Origin: a virus
Taxonomy: Duplodnaviria; Caudoviricetes
Strand: one strand, 5' to 3'
DNA: 64,000 nucleotides
Virus record (IMG/VR): IMGVR_UViG_2974782369_000001
Span: 32,001 to 96,000 of that record
The translations under genes were made by a program, and so were the position numbers. Below are positions 57,800 through 64,000 of the stretch, in pieces (the stretch's first letter is position 1; the number at the start of each line of letters is the position of its first letter). The notes under the pieces are model-generated. The model was not told the DNA's origin and made no database searches. It was given only the letters and a program-made list of their open reading frames with translations.

Positions 57800-58197
57800 A
57801 GATCACCTGCCTTCCGATTCTCGGAATAGTGGACATCAAACTCACCACCAGGATAACGAGACTTGAGTTTGTCAACATTCATCTCGATGATTTCTTCAGG
57901 AGAAACATCCAATGCCATACATGCCTGCATGAAATACCACATAATGTCACCCATCTCACGCTTCAAGTGAAACAGATTCTCTTCGGTCGGCTCCTTACCT
58001 TGGAAAATAATCTTCTTCACAACCTCAGTGAATTCACCCGACTCGGCACAGAGACCTACAGCAGCAGTAAGCAGTCGCTCGGAAGGAAAGTTTTTTTCTT
58101 TAAGATACGCAAGACGCTCAAAGAATACACTATTTTCTTTACTCTCGAAGGACGTGACCTCGTTGACGAATTGTGCATATTTAATAAAGTCAATCAT
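57796..58197 (-). CDS. mazG: MazG-like nucleotide pyrophosphohydrolase
   Basis: ESGEFTEVVKK, EMGDIMWY, N..KL..RYP. Confidence 0.92.
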   Translation of the reverse strand: MIDFIKYAQFVNEVTSFESKENSVFFERLAYLKEKNFPSERLLTAAVGLCAESGEFTEVVKKIIFQGKEPTEENLFHLKREMGDIMWYFMQACMALDVSPEEIIEMNVDKLKSRYPGGEFDVHYSENRKAGDL

Positions 58198-59581
58198 AGG
58201 AAAGTTTTGCTAAAGTTTTCTTGTTTTGGAATCGTTTTACGAGATCAATCTGCTCTTCTTTGTTGCCATGGTCTTGACCTGAGTCAACCAAGTTTTCTTG
58301 AGCGGATTGCTCTACATCATACAACTTCATCTTCGCTCTGTCAATACCCACACAGAATCTTTTATTTCGATTGAGATCGTTATAGCGATTCTTCAACTGC
58401 TTGACCATGATTTGATTCATGCCCTCAAGCTCCTCCGTGCTAATAAGGGCAAACATAAGATCAGCAGTAGCAGGGAGACCAAAGGATTCGCTAGTGTCAG
58501 TAAGGTCAACATCACTGCTACCATAACCTGCACGGGTGGTTTGCGTAGCAGATACAATAGGTACGTCACACTCCACAGCAAGACCCCGAAGCTCTTCTGC
58601 GATTGCTTTGACGTAGGTATAGGAGTTGACAACGCTCCCTTTATATCTTTGGGAAGCACAGATATTAAGGTAATCCACAAAGATAATATCGGGTCGAATA
58701 GACCGCTTAAGAGCAAGATCACTAATAAGAGACTTAAAGTGTCCAACGTGTGCTGATGCCGTAGGGTATTCTTTAATAATTAGCTTACCTTGAGTCTTCT
58801 TACTAAGGTTTGTTAACTTATTCTCAAACATCACCTTTGGTAATGTTGCAAGATCTTGGATATTTACATTCAAGAGGTTGGCATCGATTCGCTCTGCGAT
58901 CCTTTCTTCTGCCATTTCCATCGTGATGTAAAGGACATTCTTACCTTGGAGTAAACACGATGCAGCCACATGACACATAAAGAGAGACTTACCAACACCA
59001 GTGCCAGCGAGAGCGATATTAAGAGTTTTGGACGGGAGCCCACCCTTCGTGATTTTATTGAAGAACTCCAGATCGAATGGAATCTTTTCTTCTGTTCTAT
59101 GATAGTAGTCATATCGTGCTAGTGCGTCATCTATGTAGTCGTGTCCAATATGACTATCAAATGAGACTGCCAATGCTTCAGATAGAATGTGAGGAATAGC
59201 ACCCTTGTCTTTCTTAGTGTCTTGTCCATCAGCAATCTTGATAGACTCCATCAGGGAAAGATAAATTGCCCTCTCCTGACACCATTTCTCAGTGGTATCT
59301 ACCATCCATTTGAAATCACTCTCTTCATTGACAATTCCATCAATAATACTCACCACCTCTTTGTAGGAGGACTCACTCAAATCATCTCTCTTATCAATCT
59401 GAATAGAGAGCACAGTTTTGGTGGGAAGAGCATCATACTGAATCACATAATCTGAGATCTCATTGTAAACAATCTTACAACCAGCACTCGTGAAGTATTC
59501 TTCTTTGATAAAAGGAATTACCTTTCGACAATAATTCTCATCATGGACAAGATTATTGATAATGGTATTCTCAATGCTCAT
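58190..59581 (-). CDS. gp41: replicative helicase gp41
   Basis: AGTGVGKS, DYLN, SESFG, KNRY. Confidence 0.96.
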   Translation of the reverse strand: MSIENTIINNLVHDENYCRKVIPFIKEEYFTSAGCKIVYNEISDYVIQYDALPTKTVLSIQIDKRDDLSESSYKEVVSIIDGIVNEESDFKWMVDTTEKWCQERAIYLSLMESIKIADGQDTKKDKGAIPHILSEALAVSFDSHIGHDYIDDALARYDYYHRTEEKIPFDLEFFNKITKGGLPSKTLNIALAGTGVGKSLFMCHVAASCLLQGKNVLYITMEMAEERIAERIDANLLNVNIQDLATLPKVMFENKLTNLSKKTQGKLIIKEYPTASAHVGHFKSLISDLALKRSIRPDIIFVDYLNICASQRYKGSVVNSYTYVKAIAEELRGLAVECDVPIVSATQTTRAGYGSSDVDLTDTSESFGLPATADLMFALISTEELEGMNQIMVKQLKNRYNDLNRNKRFCVGIDRAKMKLYDVEQSAQENLVDSGQDHGNKEEQIDLVKRFQNKKTLAKLSYD

Positions 59582-60147
59582 AGGTAATGAAGGTAACTTC
59601 CAACGATGTATTTCGTCCCTCTAGTTACAGGTCTACCAGCGTGGCGGTACAACCAGACGGATGGAAACATAAGTAGTCTACCACACTTTGGTTGAATTGC
59701 ATGGTCCAATTTTGGAAATGCTGTTTGACCTCCCTCGGTCACATCCTTCAAATACAAGAAACAAACTAAGAATCTTCTTGCTGATGTAAAGTCTTGCACG
59801 TCAACGTGATCACGAAACTCATCATTTACAGTGCTATATTTCTTGATTCTGAATTGCTCGAAGGCATACTTTGCAGGAAAGTCCTGACCGATGTCCAGAT
59901 CTTTCATGTAAAGATTAACATACTCCACAAAAGTTTTCTGCAGAGTATTCTGAATATCTACCCACCTCTCATCCTTTTCTAAAAACCTTTCGGTGATATT
60001 CAATTCAGTAAAGGTAGGTCTCTTTTCACGATCAATATAATTTTGGTGGAGAAGATCTAGATCATATGCTCTGATCACTTCCCTACAAAATTCACCCGTG
60101 AATGCATCATCGTATACTTTGATGTAATCTTTTAACTCAGTTGCCAT
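59578..60147 (-). CDS. 2OG-Fe(II) oxygenase
   Basis: HVD, GG.T.F, FP...HAG, KYI. Confidence 0.85.
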   Translation of the reverse strand: MATELKDYIKVYDDAFTGEFCREVIRAYDLDLLHQNYIDREKRPTFTELNITERFLEKDERWVDIQNTLQKTFVEYVNLYMKDLDIGQDFPAKYAFEQFRIKKYSTVNDEFRDHVDVQDFTSARRFLVCFLYLKDVTEGGQTAFPKLDHAIQPKCGRLLMFPSVWLYRHAGRPVTRGTKYIVGSYLHYL

Positions 60148-61147
60148 ACCTAAACTCCTTTGCTGCACACTCATCAAGTGCTTGCATCACTTCGGGGGTG
60201 AAGTATTTTTCGGGATCAGCGAGAATAGACTTAGGATAAACAGCAGATTCACCAACCATGATACGATTCCCCTTGCGCTGGAAGACTCCGTGCTTCTCAC
60301 CCAACTCCAGTAGTCCGTAATAGCGGTCCAATCCACGGTCGTAATAAAGACGAGTTTCAATCTGGGAATTCTCCTTAGTGAGACGAGACTTCTGTGCCTT
60401 ACACTTAATGATATTACCTACAACCTCAGTGCCATCCTTCTCTTTCTTCTTAGACAGATAGATGATAGTAGAAGATGCATACTTCAGACCAGATCCACCA
60501 CCCATTTCCTTAGTGGGAATGTATGACCCAATGACATCATAGGTGTGGTTGGTGACCAGCATCGGTACGTTTGCCTTACCAAGTTTCAAAGTGAGCACAC
60601 GGAATGCACCCTTGATCAACTGAGACTTAGACATATCACGGACCTGCTTATCATTAGCAACGTCCTCAACTTCCTTCGTAGAAGAAAGCATACCCAGAGA
60701 ATCCAAGACAAACATCATCGGTTGACGCTTATCTTTATCCTGCTCCATATACTTGTCCAGAATGCGACAAGACTGAGTGCGAAACTCTTCGATAGTAGAC
60801 ACAGGCACGATCATCATACGATCGGCAGGAATACCACGATCCACAATCATCTGCTTGGAGATAGCAGACTCAGACTCAAAGTAGATTACCCCAGCATCGG
60901 GATTTGATTCAAGAAAATGCTGGACAATCCCAAGGCAAAAGAAAGTCTTGCCAGTAGAAGACTCACCAGCGATAGCCGTGATCTTGTTTCCAGGGACTCC
61001 ACCGTAGATTGAGCCACTAACCAGAGCATTGAAAATGTAACTACCAGTATCAATGTAACCAGAAGTGTCTCCTGCCGCGACACCATCACTAACCAGTCCT
61101 GCATACTCATTACCAATCTCCTTCACTACATCCTGTAGAAAATTCAC
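60137..61147 (-). CDS. uvsX: UvsX RecA-like recombinase
   Basis: [20 protein letters not shown]; GTG start with GGAG SD. Confidence 0.95.
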   Translation of the reverse strand: MNFLQDVVKEIGNEYAGLVSDGVAAGDTSGYIDTGSYIFNALVSGSIYGGVPGNKITAIAGESSTGKTFFCLGIVQHFLESNPDAGVIYFESESAISKQMIVDRGIPADRMMIVPVSTIEEFRTQSCRILDKYMEQDKDKRQPMMFVLDSLGMLSSTKEVEDVANDKQVRDMSKSQLIKGAFRVLTLKLGKANVPMLVTNHTYDVIGSYIPTKEMGGGSGLKYASSTIIYLSKKKEKDGTEVVGNIIKCKAQKSRLTKENSQIETRLYYDRGLDRYYGLLELGEKHGVFQRKGNRIMVGESAVYPKSILADPEKYFTPEVMQALDECAAKEFRYGN

Positions 61148-61296
61148 GCTTTCTCCTCCAAAATTGTTGTAATATATTGTGCCCGTTTCATGGCACGGGA
61201 AAACCATTTTGCGTCTTCTTCATTGGCAAACTCCTTTTCCTCACGGACAGAGAAACCAAATGCTTTTTGATAGGATACGATGTACTTTTTACTCAT
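61144..61296 (-). CDS. small hypothetical protein
   Basis: 50 aa, ATGA-coupled to gp43. Confidence 0.6.
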   Translation of the reverse strand: MSKKYIVSYQKAFGFSVREEKEFANEEDAKWFSRAMKRAQYITTILEEKA

Positions 61297-63791
61297 CCAA
61301 ATAGAAACTCCAGTGATGCTACTTTTTCGGTTTTCCATCCAATCGTGTCCATGATAACTCGGATAGGCTCAAGGAAACTCTTATCAAATTGTAAGTCATA
61401 GTCCACCTGTTTGTCAATCCCCAACTCTTTGGGGAAGGTCTGGAAGAATGAGATAACATTCTCATTGATCTTGTTAGGTGTCTTTAGATAAACAAACTTG
61501 ATCTTTTCTCCATCCTGAATCAATGGATACTTATGTGATAGTTTGTTTTTCTTGATATAGAAATTGTACAGAAGAGCGCCACGCACATGAATCGGTGTGC
61601 CTTTTGTGTATACCGTCGCAGGATTGGACCACTTATTTAGATTGTTACAACCACGAGGGAATGAAATATCTTCGACTGGTAACTCAGAAAAATGATCTCG
61701 AAAATCAGCAATAAACTTTTGCACAGACTCTTCGTCTTCATTCATGATGACGTTAAGTGCATCCTTAATTTTTTGACGGCAGGGAGCAGGAGTAGAAGAC
61801 TTAACTGCTTCAATACCCATCATCTTCAGTTTGGGTTTCTCGTAACGGACACCCTCACTATCCCACACGTTGAGAATGTATCGCTTCTTGGCAGTCCAGA
61901 TACCTTTATCAGCGATATTCTCACGCTTCATCTTCATCTTCTGATCATATGCAGAAACATACGTCGCCAATTCCTGATATGACGATTCAATAAATGGCTC
62001 CAACTTCTCCTGGCAGATCTTGTCAAGTATGGAAACAATCGCTGCTTTATCGCTAGACTTATTAGCAAAGAATTTACTAACAAGAGGTCCAAGGTTAAGA
62101 TAGATTGAGTCAGTGTCAGATGCGACAACATAATCGACTTCTTCTGTGGACAAAAGTTTATTTAGGTATTTGTTGATTTTACTTTCAATCCAACGAATCG
62201 AGACTTGACCCGAGAGAGTAATCGCCTCAGCATTTGCCAGATTGTAATACCTGAAGTATTGGTTGCCAATGGCACCATAGGCAGAGTTGAGTTGGATCTT
62301 TCTTGCCATTTGAATGTTGTTGAATTTGGACACATCTTTTTGAAGTGCGATGGTCTCAGATGTTGTCTTGGAATGCTCAAGATCTTGCTTAGCGGCAAGC
62401 ATTCGTTTCTTGTAAATGGTCCTTTCATCATAAATCTTCTGCATCATTTCGGGGAGGAATCCTAAGATGTCCTTACGGTATTGGGCACCGTTAGCACATA
62501 CACAATACTCCCCATCAATATCAATCTCTTGATTCAACAACCTATCTACGGTTGCTTGCGGGTGCCTGACATCCACCAGCGTTTCTGGCGAGATGTTGTA
62601 CTGCATAATGAGGTGAGGGTAGAGGGAGTTGAGGTCAAAAGAGACCACCCATTCATACATTCCTGGCACAGGCTCTTTGACATACGCACCAGCATACTTT
62701 TCATCCTTCTTTGCTCCTTTGCGAGGGGGGACTACAAGGTTTCGATCTTTGAGATAATTATATATCATCGTGTCCCACATCCGCACCTGTGAGTAGACAT
62801 CTTCTAAATTGACCTTAGCGTCATACGCCATAGTCACCGCCAACTCAATAAGTTTCATCTTATCTTCGAGACGGTCAATCAACTCAACGTCTTGAATGTT
62901 GTATTCAACAAACTTCTGCCAGTCAGATGTATAGAAGTCCTTGAAGTTTTCATACTCACTATGGTCCAACTTGCGCTGACCCAACTCAACGTGAGCAATG
63001 TGGTCCAGTCTATATGACTCCTGGTTGGTATAAGTAAACTTCTTATACAGATCCAGGTAGTCTAGGATGTTGATACCAGAGAGATCATATGCAATGTGAG
63101 TGCGACCCATGATGTTGATCTCGCGCTCGTTAGCACGATTCCAGGGAGAAAGAGTCTTCATCCACTTCTCGCCCAACACACGGTTAACACGGCGGCAAAT
63201 GTATGGCACGTCATACAGGTTGACATTCCAACCCGTCAAGACATCAGGAGTATTCTCTGCCCACCACCTAACAAAGTGATTAAGCATTTCTTGCTCAGTC
63301 CAAAACACAAAGAATTCAACACCTTCGGGAGGATTGAATTCTCGTGTGCCCCACACAAATACCTCTTTGGTATTCATGTCTTTGATTGTGATACAAAGCA
63401 TCTCTTCAGCAGATGCCTCAACGTCAGGAAAACCATTCTCACATGCCACCTCAATGTCCATAGAGAAGATCTTCATCTGCTTCATATCATAATCAATCTC
63501 ACCAGGAAACTCCTTAGCAATAAATTGATAGACATAACGCTCGTATCCATAGACACTAAAGTTTTCTACACCTTCATACTTGGCGATAAACTCTCTCGCC
63601 TCTCGGGGAGATTCAAACTGAATAGGTTTGACATACTCACCAGTGAGAGTTTTAAACTTCTCCTTCTTGTTTGAAGTGACAAACAACGTAGGCGAAAAGT
63701 GGGTACGAGATTGGACTTGCTGCCCATCCTCGTACCCACGATATAAAATAGTATTACCAGCGAGTTGAATATTCGTGTAGAAACTACCCAT
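61293..63791 (-). CDS. gp43: family B DNA polymerase gp43
   Basis: DIE exonuclease motif, DLNSLYP, KIQLNSAYG, SDTDS. Confidence 0.98.
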   Translation of the reverse strand: MGSFYTNIQLAGNTILYRGYEDGQQVQSRTHFSPTLFVTSNKKEKFKTLTGEYVKPIQFESPREAREFIAKYEGVENFSVYGYERYVYQFIAKEFPGEIDYDMKQMKIFSMDIEVACENGFPDVEASAEEMLCITIKDMNTKEVFVWGTREFNPPEGVEFFVFWTEQEMLNHFVRWWAENTPDVLTGWNVNLYDVPYICRRVNRVLGEKWMKTLSPWNRANEREINIMGRTHIAYDLSGINILDYLDLYKKFTYTNQESYRLDHIAHVELGQRKLDHSEYENFKDFYTSDWQKFVEYNIQDVELIDRLEDKMKLIELAVTMAYDAKVNLEDVYSQVRMWDTMIYNYLKDRNLVVPPRKGAKKDEKYAGAYVKEPVPGMYEWVVSFDLNSLYPHLIMQYNISPETLVDVRHPQATVDRLLNQEIDIDGEYCVCANGAQYRKDILGFLPEMMQKIYDERTIYKKRMLAAKQDLEHSKTTSETIALQKDVSKFNNIQMARKIQLNSAYGAIGNQYFRYYNLANAEAITLSGQVSIRWIESKINKYLNKLLSTEEVDYVVASDTDSIYLNLGPLVSKFFANKSSDKAAIVSILDKICQEKLEPFIESSYQELATYVSAYDQKMKMKRENIADKGIWTAKKRYILNVWDSEGVRYEKPKLKMMGIEAVKSSTPAPCRQKIKDALNVIMNEDEESVQKFIADFRDHFSELPVEDISFPRGCNNLNKWSNPATVYTKGTPIHVRGALLYNFYIKKNKLSHKYPLIQDGEKIKFVYLKTPNKINENVISFFQTFPKELGIDKQVDYDLQFDKSFLEPIRVIMDTIGWKTEKVASLEFLFG

Positions 63792-64000
63792 TAATCTCCT
63801 GATACTTTTTAGCGATGTCTGGTGACGGATCCACTATAGTAAAGATCGACTCAGATGTCAAGAAGAGATCCCGCTGACCAGAGTATTTGGGATACTCCTC
63901 CAACTCACCATCAACAATGCGATAACATGCTTCGATGAATACCGCTGGCTCTTCATCCAACTCCTGCACTTGACCAATCAAATAATCATTCAGATTCCCG
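63784..64000 (-). CDS. hypothetical protein (5' end probably outside window)
   Basis: Frame open to the window edge; overlaps the gp43 start. Confidence 0.55.
   Translation of the reverse strand, partial: GNLNDYLIGQVQELDEEPAVFIEACYRIVDGELEEYPKYSGQRDLFLTSESIFTIVDPSPDIAKKYQEING

Overview
64 kb segment of a T4-like cyanomyovirus genome (marine Synechococcus/Prochlorococcus-type phage). It is AT-rich and almost entirely minus-strand coding. In order it holds: virion structural genes; an island of 2OG-Fe(II) oxygenases interleaved with tRNA genes; a baseplate/tail module (gp5, hub protein, two tape-measure-like proteins with cell-wall hydrolase domains, gp26/gp51, tube-like protein, gp4, gp48, gp53); a replication module (gp32, gp59, gp33, exonuclease, phoH, thyX, glutaredoxin); auxiliary metabolic genes (cpeT, CP12, psbD, psbA, two hli, talC, mazG); nrdB/nrdA and primase; probable internal head proteins; helicase, uvsX and DNA polymerase gp43. 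Eight tRNA genes and several structured RNAs are visible. The most notable observations are: (1) a nitrogen-sensing cassette with an NtcA-like box, two apparently interlocked glutamine-riboswitch-like aptamers (the second encloses a complete 64-codon ORF and pairs with its start codon) and two YRG-motif microproteins; (2) a probable programmed -1 frameshift fusing gp26 to gp51; (3) three ORFs whose stop codons lie inside tRNA genes; (4) a modular pseudoknot ncRNA array; (5) a ligase-like/nucleotidyltransferase/nuclease cassette whose nucleotidyltransferase has a capsid-targeting-like N-terminus. All family assignments come from motif recognition by eye; no database searches were run.
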